DNA from: Planktothrix sp. GU0601_MAG3
GTDB lineage: Bacteria > Cyanobacteriota > Cyanobacteriia > Cyanobacteriales > Microcoleaceae
Reading direction: 5' to 3'
Assembly (NCBI GenBank): GCA_035193785.1
Contig: CP136572.1
Coordinates: 4,596,578 to 4,660,577 of the forward strand
Length of the DNA stretch: 64,000 nucleotides
Shown piece by piece: positions 22,561-34,096 of the stretch. The position numbers were made by a program, and so were the translations under genes. Position 1 is the first letter of the stretch, and every line of letters starts with the position of its first letter. The notes under the pieces were generated by a model that saw only the letters and a list, made by a program, of their open reading frames with translations, had not been told where the DNA came from and searched no databases.

Positions 22561-22740
22561 CGTTCGACCCTTCGACCCTTCGACCGTTCGACAGGCTCAC
22601 GGCTCACGGCTCACGGCTCACGGCTCACGGCTCACGGCTCACGGCTCACGGCTCACGGCTCACGGCTCACGGCTCACGGCTCACGGCTCACGGCTCACGG
22701 CTCACGGCTCACGGCTCACGGCTCACGGCTCACGGCTCAC
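22561..22740. repeat. Short tandem repeats: ~4 octamers (STTCGACC-type) followed by 21 perfect GGCTCAC
   Basis: GGCTCAC x21 at 22594-22740 (147 bp), read directly. Confidence 0.95.
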
Positions 22741-22765
22741 GACTCAGCCAGATCCGGTGTTCCCT

Positions 22766-22908
22766 CAGGGCTGTTTCATTCTCAGGGAAACCAGGGTTTT
22801 GTAGGGGTAGTGCCCCCGTGCCTACCCTCCCCATCCAAGATTTGCAGGCGTTTCAGGGATTGGGGCAACCACGGGGGGATTGCCCCTACAAAGAATGAAA
22901 CAGCCCTG
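22766..22908. mobile_element. 143 bp MITE with 17 bp TIRs and 10 bp target duplication (ISAs1-like ends)
   Basis: CAGGGCTGTTTCATTCT...AGAATGAAACAGCCCTG flanked by GGTGTTCCCT at 22756-22765 and 22909-22918; internal inverted GTAG-type REP pair. Confidence 0.85.
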
Positions 22909-23011
22909 GGTGTTCCCTGTTCCCTATTCCCTATTCCCTATTCCCTATTCCCTATTCCCAGATCCGGTGTTCCCTGTTCCCTATTCCCAGATCCGGTGTT
23001 CCCTGTTCCCT
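22909..23011. repeat. STRR-type heptamer repeats (CTATTCC/CTGTTCC) interspersed with CAGATCCGGTGTTCC
   Basis: Read directly. Confidence 0.85.
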
Positions 23012-23029
23012 TCTGATTCCTATAATTGA

Positions 23030-25592
23030 TTAGTTTTTCCCTTGGGCTAATATTTGTTGAATTGTACTTGTGAGTTGACTGAGTTTAACTGGTTTAGTCA
23101 AATAGTCATTTGCACCTGCTTCTAAGCATTTTTGTTTGTCGCTGATCATTGCTAAGGCTGTGAGGGCAATAATAGGTATATCAGCTAGTGTGCGATCGCT
23201 ATCCTCACGAATCCGTTGAATTGCTTCTAAACCATCCATAACAGGCATCTGAATATCCATTAAAATTAAGTCTGGATCGTGTAATTTTGCCTGATCAATT
23301 GCCTCTTGACCATTTCCCGCTAAGATAATTTGGTATCCTTTTGCCTTCAGATAACGAGAGATAGTAATAATATTAGCTTCATGATCTTCTGCTAACAGAA
23401 TTAGAGGAAATTTTTCTAAGACTTGGGTTGTAGAATTTGGGTCTGAATTAACTGCGGTTTCACTAGGATATTGAGGAGTTTGGAATAGCAAATCTTGATA
23501 AGGAAGACGGAAAGCAAAACAACTACCGATATCAATTGTACTCTTAACTTCTACCTCCCCACCGTGCATTTCCACAATGCGTTTAACCAGGGTAAGACCT
23601 AAACCTGTCCCCGCATATTGACGATTTAAAGCACTATCAATTTGCACAAAGGGTTGAAACAGTTTAGCGAGATTTTCAGGAGTTATCCCAATACCCGTAT
23701 CGGTGACGGCAAAGCCTATGGATGAGGAATTTTCAATAGTAACATCAAATGTGATTTTTCCCCCGGCTGGGGTGAATTTAATAGCATTATCGAGTAGATT
23801 AATTAAAACTTGTCGGAGGCGCCGTTCATCGGCGATGATTTCCGGTAGCTTTGGGGGAATTTTTGTCTGAATTGTAATCCCTTTTTGTAGGGCTTGCTGT
23901 TTAATAAAAAGCAAACTTGATTCGCACAAATTCTTAATGGATGTAGGGGAACACTCTATTTCAAATTTTCCTGATTCAATTTTAGCGATATCGAGGATAT
24001 CATTAATTAATGATAGTAAATGAGTGCCACTGGTGGCAATAGTTTCTATTGCCTGTTGTTGTTTCTCGTTGATTCCGCCAAATATTTCCTCTTGGAGAGC
24101 TTCGGACATCCCTAAAATAGCATTTAGGGGAGTACGCAATTCATGGCTCATATTAGCAAGAAACTCATTTTTTAGACGAGTTGCATGGGCAAGTTGTTGA
24201 TTAGATATTTCCAATTGTTGGTTAATTTCAGTTAATTTTGCTTCGGCTTTCTGTTTTTCTGTTAATTCTTTATTAATCTGCTTAAACAGATCTATTTGTT
24301 GAACTGCGATCAATAATTGATTGGCAATTTGTTGGGCATCATCAATTTCTGATTGTTGCCATTCTCGAGGTTCATAACATTGATGAATGCAAAATAAACC
24401 CCAGAAATTTCCATTGACAACTAAGGTAACTAAAAAATTAGCCTGGATTTTAAATCGTTCTAAAAAACTACGATAACAATCACTTTTTTGGAATTGATCA
24501 ATATCATCAATTAGAATTTTATTCTGGGGATTGGAAAATTCATCCTGTTGTTTGAAACAATTTTCTGCGATTTTAATATTCAGAATTGAATCAACTCCTG
24601 TTATCACAGATTCAGACACAAATTCCCCCTGATTATAGTCAGATTCAGGATCAAATTTAAAAATACAAACCCGATCCACATTAAGAAATTTACGAGTCTC
24701 CTCTGTTGCCGTATTAAAAATAGTTTCTAAGTCTAAAGATTGACGAATCTTTTGGGTAATTTCCCTAAGTAATCTTTCTTTTTTCGCTTGATTTTTTAAG
24801 GCATTAGCATTTTCTTGAATTTTAACTGCCATCCGATCAAAAGCAACAGAGACTTGCATCAGTTCATCTGAAACCTGTTAATTTAGTTCTGATATCTAAC
24901 TTGCCTTCGGCTAAACTATTACTAGCAGAAACTAACCGATAAACTCGTTTGGTAAAAGTAAAATAGAAGAAAAACCATAAACCTAGACAGAATATTGTTA
25001 ACGCGCCATTAAAAATTAGTGACCGCCTTAAAGCTGTATAAAAAGCTTCTTTTTGAACATTGGTTAGATCATATTCAAGCAAAAGAATGCCCACCCGAGA
25101 AGGTTTAATTTCATTAGGTAAAATCTGTAAAATCAAAGGATAAATTGCAATCAGCTTTTTTTGATCTTGAGAAATTATGATCTTTCCTGCCATTTTTTCT
25201 TTGACAGAGGCGAAATAAGAGCTATAATCAGAATTTATTGTTTGATTTATAGGAGTTCCTTTAAGTTCATAATGACTTGACAAACGAATGATATTTTGAT
25301 CATCTATTTTTACCACTAGAGAGAGATTCGGATCGCTGCCAGCATGACTAATAATTATGGTTTCTATATCTTCAGGATTGCCACCTTCTATACTATTTTG
25401 ACGTTCCATATAATCTAATACTCTGACTGTTTGTCCAGCATAAATTTTTAGATAATTTTTAGCATTTGTTATTTGCATCTGGGAGGTTTCAATAATTTCT
25501 TGCTGAAACGATATCAGCCCGAAAAAACCACCACAAGTAATTAAAATGATAGGAATTGAAAATCTTATCGGTAGGGGAAAACGTTGGGACAT
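23030..25592 (-). CDS. Membrane hybrid histidine kinase (TM-periplasmic-TM-HAMP-GAF-HisKA-HATPase-REC), ~853 aa; frameshift near 24871
   Basis: Two TM segments, HAMP across the junction, GAF with ENCF/CY, FLANMSHELRTPLN, GTGLGL, DLILMDIQMP. Confidence 0.85.
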
Positions 25593-25597
25593 AAATT

Positions 25598-26606
25598 TTA
25601 GGGGGTTGATAATTTGGCATTCCGAATAAACTGATCATCTAGGATTGTATTTATATCAATATATTTGGGTAATAATTTTTTTTCTAGCATAATTATGATC
25701 AGTTTTTTACTCCCCTGGACAAAGGCGGGATCATTTTGATTGAATAATTTTTGATTTTCTTCTAAGTTGAGTTGATCTATACCTTTAAAGGCATTCAAAA
25801 TTGTGTCTGGTGTTACTTGTGTTCGTTTGGCGATGCGAGTTGCTGCTTCTTGAGGGTTTTCTTCTAAATATTTTAAGGCTCGAAATCGGCTATTAACTAA
25901 TGATTGAATACTTTCAGGAGAATTAGCGATCGCGTCGGTACTCACCGCCAAAACATCTACAATTTCTCCCGGAATCTGACTACTATCAAACAATACTTTA
26001 GCCCCGGCTTCTAATATTTTAGCCACGGGCGGCCCAAAGGTAACAACGGCATCTATTTTTCTCTGTTTATAGGCCTGTTCATGTTCTAATGGCTCTACAG
26101 AAACAATCTGAATATCTTTAACCGACATCCCATTTTTTTCCAGTGCCCGAGCTATAAAAAAAGATCCCAAAGCAGTTGGTTTCTAGTCCGACTCGCTTTC
26201 CTTTTAAGGCTTTAATATTAGTAATCTCGGGTTGTCCTAAAATTACATCTGCACCATTAGAAACATCCATAATCGCAATAATTCTAAGATTTTCTTGGGT
26301 GGCGGCGATAGATAAGGCTTGATCAATTGATAATCCCGCCCCTTCAATTTCATTATTGCGATAGGCTTTAACTTCTTCTGTTCCTGAAGGATAATCTACC
26401 AATTTGATCGGCTGGTTGTCATAATAACCCAGATCCTCAGCTAAATATAAGGTTTCATATCCGGGCCAGAGATTTATCCCAATCCGTAATGGACTGGAGG
26501 ATTGAGGGATACAATTGACCAGGGCGATCGCTAAAATTCCAGTTATGAAACTGAGGATTAAGTATTTGAGATATTTTCGCCATTGTGGCCTTATTGATCT
26601 TTTCAT
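25598..26606 (-). CDS. NitT/TauT-family substrate-binding lipoprotein without a cognate permease; frameshift near 26180
   Basis: ALVNC lipobox-like site, LRIGINLWPGYETLYLA, DVSNGADVI, FDSSQIPGEIVDVL. Confidence 0.8.
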
Positions 26607-29600
26607 TTAGTTTTTCTCCTGGGCTAATATTTCTTGAATTGTACTTGTGAGTTGACCAAGTTTAAAGGGTTTAGCCAGATAATAATTTGCACCTGCTTCT
26701 AAGCATTTTTGTTTGTCGCTGATCATTGCTAGGGCTGTGAGGGCAATAATCGGTATATTAGCTAGTGTGCGATCGCTGTCCTCACGAATCCGTTTAATTG
26801 CTTCTAAACCGTCCATAACAGGCATCTGAATATCCATTAAAATCAAATCTGGCTTGTATGATTTAGCCTGATCAATTGCCTCTTGACCATTTGCCGCTAA
26901 GATAATTTGGTATCCTTTTGCCTTCAGATAACGAGAGGTAGTAATAATATTAGCTTCATGATCTTCTGCTAACAGAATTAGAGGACATTTTTCTAAGACT
27001 TGGGTTGTAGAATTTGGGTCTAAATTGACTACGGTTTCCTGGGAAGATTCAGGAGCTTGTAATAGTAAATCTTGACAAGGAAGACGGAAGGTAAAACAAC
27101 TACCGATATCAATTTTACTCTTAACTTTTACCTCCCCACCGTGCATTTCCACAATTTTTTTGACCAGGGCAAGTCCTAAACCTGTACCCATATATTGACG
27201 ATTTAAAGCACTATCAATTTGCACAAAGGGTTGAAACAGTTTAGGGAGATTTTCAGGAGTAATACCAATACCCGTATCGGTGACGGCAAAACTAATATAA
27301 TGATTGCTGGAAGCGGTTTCCGTTGAGGATTCAAATGTAACAGTTAAGGAGACTCTACCGCCTTCGTGAGTAAATTTAATCGCGTTATTCAGTAAGTTAA
27401 TTAAAACCTGACGGATACGCCGTTCATCTATTAATAACTTAGGCAAATAAGGGGAAAATTCGATCTGAATTGAAATGCGTTTTTTTAGGGCCTGTTGTTT
27501 AACAAAGACCAAACTTGACTCGCACAATTCTGTTATGAGGGTAGGGGTGCAGTTGAGTTCAATTTTGCCCGATTCAATTTTAGCAACATCGAGAATATCA
27601 TTAATTAATGCCAGGAGATGAGTCCCACTTTTTTCAATAGTTTGTACCGACTGATGCTGTTTCTGATTCAGGGGGCCAAATACTTCCTCTTGCAGAGCCT
27701 CAGACATTCCTAAAATCGCATTGAGGGGAGTTCGTAATTCATGGCTCATATTAGCCAGAAACTCATCTTTCATCCGGGTCGCCCGGGCTAGTTTCCAGAT
27801 TAGTTTGTTGCAGTTGGGCTTCATATTGTTTGCGATCCGTAATATCCACGACCACACAAACACAACTACTATCGTTTTGATTGTCAGAAAGTAAGGCTAC
27901 CCCAATCAGCACAGGAATTCGACTCCCATCAGGGCGATAATATTCCTTTTCCCAGGGATCAATTGCTCCGTAAAGTCTCAGATATTCCATCGCCTTATCA
28001 TCATTGGCAGTATGTTCGGGAGGGGTGATTACTAACCAATTAATCCGATGATTATTCAGAGCTTCTCTGCTATAACCAGTAATTTCTAAAAAGCGATCAT
28101 TTGCATCAGTAATTTGCCCATTAAAGTCCGTAAACATCATACCCACAATATTAGAGGCAAACACACGGCGGAAGCGATTTTCACTCGCTTGTAATCGAAT
28201 TTCAGCCAGTTTGAGATCGCTAATATCCGATAAAATTCCTTGACAACCAATTATTGTTCCTTGTTCATTTTTAATCGCTGTCGCACTAATTCTCACCCAC
28301 AGATAATGACCGTCTCGGTGAAGATGTCGAATTTCAAGATTATGGGATGTTTCCCCGGCTAGAATATATTGGCGATTATTTTGAGTCAGCATTTCAAAAT
28401 CATCAGGATGAACCAAATCCAAAAAGGATTTACCGATCCATTCACTAGGTTTCCAGCCAAAAAGCGTCTCGAATTGGGGCGACAGGTAGGTATATAAGCC
28501 CTCAATATCAAAAGACCAAATAAGATCATTTGCTCCTTCTACCAGTCCTCGGAATTGAGCTTCACTCTTGGCTAATTCGGCTTCAATTTTCTTGCGATCG
28601 CTAATATCAAAGCGAATCCCTAGATACTGAAACGGTTTTCCCCGGCTATCTAAAAAGGGGACAATGGTACTGTCTACCCAATAGAAATCGCCATTCTTAG
28701 TTCGATTGCAAATCTCACCGCGCCAAACTTTCCCTTGGATAATCGTCTGCCACAATTGTTTAAAAAAGCAAGGATGATGGTGGCCGGAATTAATCAGGCC
28801 ATGGGTTTTTCCGATTAGTTGATCGCGGGAATAACCAGAAACCTCACAGAAGCGATCATTAGCATAGGTAATCACACCTTGAATATCAGTAATCGACACA
28901 ATTGCAGCCTGATCCAAGCCCAGTTTAAAGGCTGATAATTCTTGAAGTAACTTTTCCCGTTCTAGTCCAGCTTGTTTCTTTTGAGTAATGTCTTTAGCAA
29001 TGGCTAAAAAACCAATAATTTGCTGATTAATATCCTTGAGGGCATTGATAGATAGGGATACCGGAAAGTGAGAACCATCTTTGCGAAGATAAATCCATTC
29101 TTGATCATTGATTATGCCTCTTTGACAGAGTGCCATAAAAAGCTCAAAGCTTGGCTCAATCGGACGGTTAAGCTCTTGGGAAAGGATTTCAGCGTAAATT
29201 TCCAATTCTTGGCGATCGTGGATGCTTGCAAGGGTGACTTTACCAATAACCTCCTGTGCCCGATAACCGAGCATTTTTTCTGCCCCAGCATTAAAGGTCT
29301 GAATCACCCCTTGAAGATCGGTGGAAATAATAGAATAATCAGCCCCATCGAGAATAGCTTTTTGGAGAATATTGAGGTTTAGGACTTCCTTAGTCTGTTG
29401 CCGCACCAGGCTTTCCAGGGAAAGGTTAAATTCTTCTAATGATGATTGTGCCTGGTGTAGCTCTTGATTCCGTTGTTGCAGAGCTTCCGTTACCCGGAGT
29501 CTTTCTATTTCTGCCTCGGCTCTGGTGGCAAAAACCCGCAAAATATCAATTATCTTGCCTAGATTGGGTGAATTTTTCAGGGTTTTATTCCAGATCGCAA

Positions 29601-31795
29601 TATAGCCCAGAGACTCCCCGGCTTGATTTTGTAGGGCAAGACCCAGATCGCTCTGAGCATAAAGTTCTTCTAAATTTTCATTTATATGATTAGCTGGAAA
29701 TTGGGGATTTGGGAAATCGACTAACTTACAAAATACCCGGTTACGAAATTCTGTAATTACAATCCGATCAAGTTCAAAGGCTTTGCTAATATGTTCAGCC
29801 AGGGCTGGGAAAAAGTCTTTTCCGGTGACGGCGGCTGTACCTTCAATCAAGTTTTCCAGAATTTCAGAATCCTGTTTACGTTCAGTAATATCGGTGGCCG
29901 TACCCACATAACCAATGGTTTTCCCGTTGATATCACGTTCTATGATCGCCTGTCCAAATACCCAAGTGATCAAACCATCGGGGCGTTGATAGCGGTATTC
30001 TGACTGAAAGGGACGATTTTCGTGAACGGCAAAATACCACTCCGAGGTGATTTTGTCTCGATCCTGGGGATGTATGGCTTGAGTCCAACCCCCACCGATG
30101 GCCTCCGAGGGAGTCAGTCCGGTCAGGAAACACCAAGATGTATTCACATAAATGCAGTTTCCCTGAGTATCGGCGCGGAAAATCCCAACGGGAACAGCGG
30201 CAGCCAGGGTAATATAGGAATTTTGACTCTCGATCAGGGCGGCTTCGATTTTGTGTCTTTCTGCCAGTTCGGTTTCGATTTGTTGGTAAGCGGTGGCTTG
30301 TTGAATTGCGATCGCCACTTGGGTAGCCAGTTGTTGTAACAGGGTAATTTCTTCTGTTAGCCATTGGCGCGGCTGATTGCTTTCGGAAGCCAGTAACAAG
30401 CCCCAAAGGGTTTGTCCTAGCAGAATCGGAACAATAACTTTTGCCCGAATTTGCAAGTATTCTAGGTTCTGACGATGGCAGTCGGCCATGGAAGTGGTGT
30501 AGATATCTGGCACTACCCGAACCCGTCCTTGAGTATAGGCATCGATCCAATCCGAAAAACAGGGGTCAGCAATCTGTGTTCCTAGGTCATAAAAATCTTG
30601 ACTGCTGCTGGCTTCTGCTGCAACGATTATACTGGTATCGGTTTGTAATTGCCAAATCACCGTCCGATCACAATTGAGGTGAGATCGGATTTGTTCCACC
30701 GTTGTCTTCAGAATCTCTGGCAAATTCAGGGAGGAACGAATTTGAGTGGCAATTGTGGTGATTAACTCCTCTTGTTTGGCTTTGGCCTTGAGGATAGCCG
30801 TTCTTTCTTGGACTTGATGTTCTAATTCCAGATTCCGATGGCTTAAAAGTTCTATTTTCTCCGCTTCTAACCGTGATACTTTCTGTTCTAAAACTTCGGC
30901 TAATTTGTATAATTCCAGGGGGTTGAGGGCTTGTAAAATACTGGTCTGGGTGATAATTCCCAGCAGTTTCACCCTCCCCACCCGTCACCACCAAGTGCCG
31001 AATCAAATGCCGTTCCATCATCCGTTGCACCGCCCAGAGAGAATCATCTTTTCTGACTGGGAAAATCACTATATTCATCACCTGATCGGCCATACAGGTT
31101 TCTAAATCAAGGTTTAATGCCTGACACTGGACTAAATCTCGCTCGGTCACAAAGCCAATGGGGATCAATAGGCTATTTTGTTCTTGTACAATCACCACGG
31201 AACTGACGCGATGCTTTGCCATCAACTCGGCGATCCGTAATATGGGACTATCGGGAGACAGGGACACCACATTCGCAATCATCACTTCTGCGACCAGACG
31301 TAACCGCAATAAATCTGCCGGACGGGATGTTTGTCTTAGGGTTTCGTGGGTGAGCAGTCCCACTATTTGATCTTGGTCGTTGAGAATGGGTAAATGGCGA
31401 ATCCGGTGCTGTTTGAGCAGGGTAATTGCAAAAAACAAATCCGTAAAAGCCGACTCCTGGAGGGTGACAACTGGATGGGCCATGACTTCCCGGACGGGCA
31501 GACTCTCTAAGGAGCGTTTCTCGGTGCTCAGGCGTACCACATCTCTTTCGGTGAGAATGCCCAATAATTTCTGATTCTCAGCAATTAGGACACAACTTGA
31601 CCGGGCTTCAATGTGTAATTCCTCTGGTCGGTTATCGCCTGTGGTGGACATCAAACAAACTGTATGCAGTCCACTCATTTGTGTGATCGCATCCCTAACG
31701 GTCGTATCCGGTGCAACAATCAGGGGATTACGCACGATGGCAGATGTTAGTTCCGTTTGGGTGATAGCACTTGCCGATGTCAACGGTGTCAACAT
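26607..31795 (-). CDS. Giant hybrid sensor kinase (CBS x4, CBCR-type GAF, multiple PAS, degenerate GAF, HisKA-HATPase-REC), ~1730 aa; frameshifts near 30968 and 27793
   Basis: CBS motifs GILTERDVV and IRHLPIL; GAF with ADPCF and ADCH; PAS/PAC repeats (IHPQD, RKDGS, VHPDD); MSHELRTPLN; C-terminal REC. Confidence 0.85.
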
Positions 31796-31812
31796 GATCT
31801 GAACCAGGTTAG

Positions 31813-32896
31813 TTAGGTGATATTATTGGGTAAGATAATTTCAAAAATTGCTCCTTGAGGTTGATTATTTTCCACCCTAATTGTGCCACCGTGAGCCTCA
31901 ACAATCATTTTACAAAAAGCTAATCCCAATCCGATTTGAGAGACACCTTGCATCAGAGTCCCAATTTCATATTTCTCGAAAATACATTGTTTTAAATTAT
32001 CGGGTACGCCCTGCCCACAATCAGCAATTTTAATTTTTGTCCCGCCTTCGGGGAGATGTTCAGCACTGACGATAATCTGACTTTCTTGAGGAGAGAACTT
32101 AATAGAATTAGAGATTAAATTATCTAAAACTCGCTGAAACATCGCTTGATCTATCTTAATCATGCCATCGGAATCAGGAATGGGGGTGAGAATTTCAATA
32201 TTTTTTTGAGCGGCGTTAAATTCAAAATCTTTAACCAATTCCCGCAGCATACTTCCCAGATCAACTGGGCTGAGTTCGAGAGCAATTTTACCCGATTCTA
32301 TCCTCGCCATCAGCAATAAATCATCAATTAAGCCCGATAATTTTTGCCCTGATAATTTCATTTTAACTATTTTATCTTGTTTTGCCTCTGGTGATAGCTT
32401 GGGATGGGTCAACATCTCCAACCCTAACAAGATCCCGGCTAGGGGATTTCTGAGATCGTGAACTAACATATTGACCAGATCTTCTCGCAATTTCAGCAGG
32501 GTTTGTAGATTGTCGTGTTGTTGCTTAATCCGTAGCATTGAATGAAACTCTGGCGCGAAGTTCCAGACCATTAACGGGTTTGCTCAAAAAATCATCAGCA
32601 CCGGAACTTAAACAGAGAGCCAGGTCTTCTTTCTCCGTTAATGCCGTCACCATAATAATCGGAATTGACTGCCATTGGGGATTGGCTTTAATCCTGGAGC
32701 AAACTTCAATCCCGTCCATTTCTGGCATCATCACATCTAATAAAATTAGATCCAGTGGGATCATTTCTAGGGATTCGAGGGCTTCTTGTCCACTGGAAGC
32801 ATAGTGTAACTCATAATTCTGACTGCTTAACAGTGATTCGAGTACATCAAAATTACGAGGTTGATCATCGACCACTAAAATAGAAGGTTGATTCAA
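31813..32896 (-). CDS. Response regulator-histidine kinase hybrid (REC-HisKA-HATPase); frameshift near 32545
   Basis: ILVVDD, LLDVMMP, FLSKP; VHDLRNPL; GLGLAFCK. Confidence 0.88.
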
Positions 32897-33116
32897 TTGC
32901 GTTTCCCTCCGGCACTTAATATACTCCTAATTATAACTCTGAAAATTCAGATAAGAACGAATTCGGGTACCTACTGCGTCGGTAGGGCATCCCGTCCTTG
33001 CTGATTGAGGGTGCAGTTAAGCAAAAAACTATCCAAATTGTGCCTAGGGATCAACACCATATAATAATCTATAGAACAATGAATCTACTGTTGAATACTA
33101 ACCCCAATTTAAAGCC

Positions 33117-33896
33117 ATGACACAAATACAATCTAATACCAACCCCAGTTCATCATCAATGTCAGATACTGCTATTATTGCTACCGATGTGCATAAATGG
33201 TATGGCAATAATTTCCACGTTCTCAGAGGGGTTAGCCTTTCGGTGAAACGGGGGGAAGTGGTGGTAATTATGGGGCCGTCCGGTTCGGGAAAATCGACTT
33301 TTATTCGGACATTTAATGCCTTAGAAGAATTTCAACAGGGCAGTATTGTCATAGATGGCATTAATTTATCCCATGATTTAAAAGATATTGAAGAAATTCG
33401 CAAAGAAGTGGGAATGGTGTTTCAACAGTTTAATTTATTTCCCCATTTAAGTATTTTACAAAATGTCACTTTAGCCCCGATTTGGGTCAGACGTTGGCCG
33501 AAGGCGAAAGCCGAAGAAGTGGCTTTACAATTATTAGAAAGAGTCGGAATTTTAGAACAGGCAAAAAAATATCCGGGTCAATTATCCGGGGGTCAACAAC
33601 AACGGGTAGCGATCGCTAGAGCTTTAGCGATGCAGCCTAAAATTATGTTATTTGATGAACCCACATCGGCCCTAGACCCGGAAATGGTGCGAGAAGTTTT
33701 AGACGTGATGCGAACTTTAGCCGAGTCTGGAATGACCATGGTTTGTGTTACCCATGAAGTCGGATTTGCGCGGGAAGTCGCCGATAGAATTGTGTTAATG
33801 GCCGATGGAATATTAGTCGAAGAAGCCACCCCGGAAGAATTTTTTACGAATCCCCAAGAGGAAAGAACCCAAAAATTTCTCTCTCAAATTCTTTAA
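33117..33896 (+). CDS. Polar amino acid ABC transporter ATP-binding protein (GlnQ/BgtA/AapP-like)
   Basis: [46 protein letters not shown]. Confidence 0.93.
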   Translation: MTQIQSNTNPSSSSMSDTAIIATDVHKWYGNNFHVLRGVSLSVKRGEVVVIMGPSGSGKSTFIRTFNALEEFQQGSIVIDGINLSHDLKDIEEIRKEVGMVFQQFNLFPHLSILQNVTLAPIWVRRWPKAKAEEVALQLLERVGILEQAKKYPGQLSGGQQQRVAIARALAMQPKIMLFDEPTSALDPEMVREVLDVMRTLAESGMTMVCVTHEVGFAREVADRIVLMADGILVEEATPEEFFTNPQEERTQKFLSQIL

Positions 33897-33997
33897 TTGT
33901 TTCGGGGTTAAAAATATGGTTATAAACCATAAATTAGCCAAGGTAATTAGTGCTTATGGTTGGGGAATATTCTATACAATATTGAAGCCTAAACCAA

Positions 33998-34052
33998 GTA
34001 GGGGCGAATGGCCATTCGCCCCTACCGCTTGGGCCATTCGCCCCTACCGCTT
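33998..34052. repeat. GTAG-type REP palindrome with partial tandem copy
   Basis: GTAGGGGCGAATGGCCATTCGCCCCTAC followed by a second GGCCATTCGCCCCTACCGCTT. Confidence 0.7.
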
Positions 34053-34096
34053 GAGTGGGAAGTTCACTATCTTAAAATATATGAAGTAACTAGGGA

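Noticed and set aside
22329..23016. ORFs with (SRLTAHG)n repeats
   Set aside because: Translation products of the stop-free heptamer tract; one overlaps nos on the opposite strand
18139..31802. Many short antisense or alternate-frame ORFs over nos and the kinases
   Set aside because: Shadow ORFs of long, more GC-rich genes, with no motifs of their own
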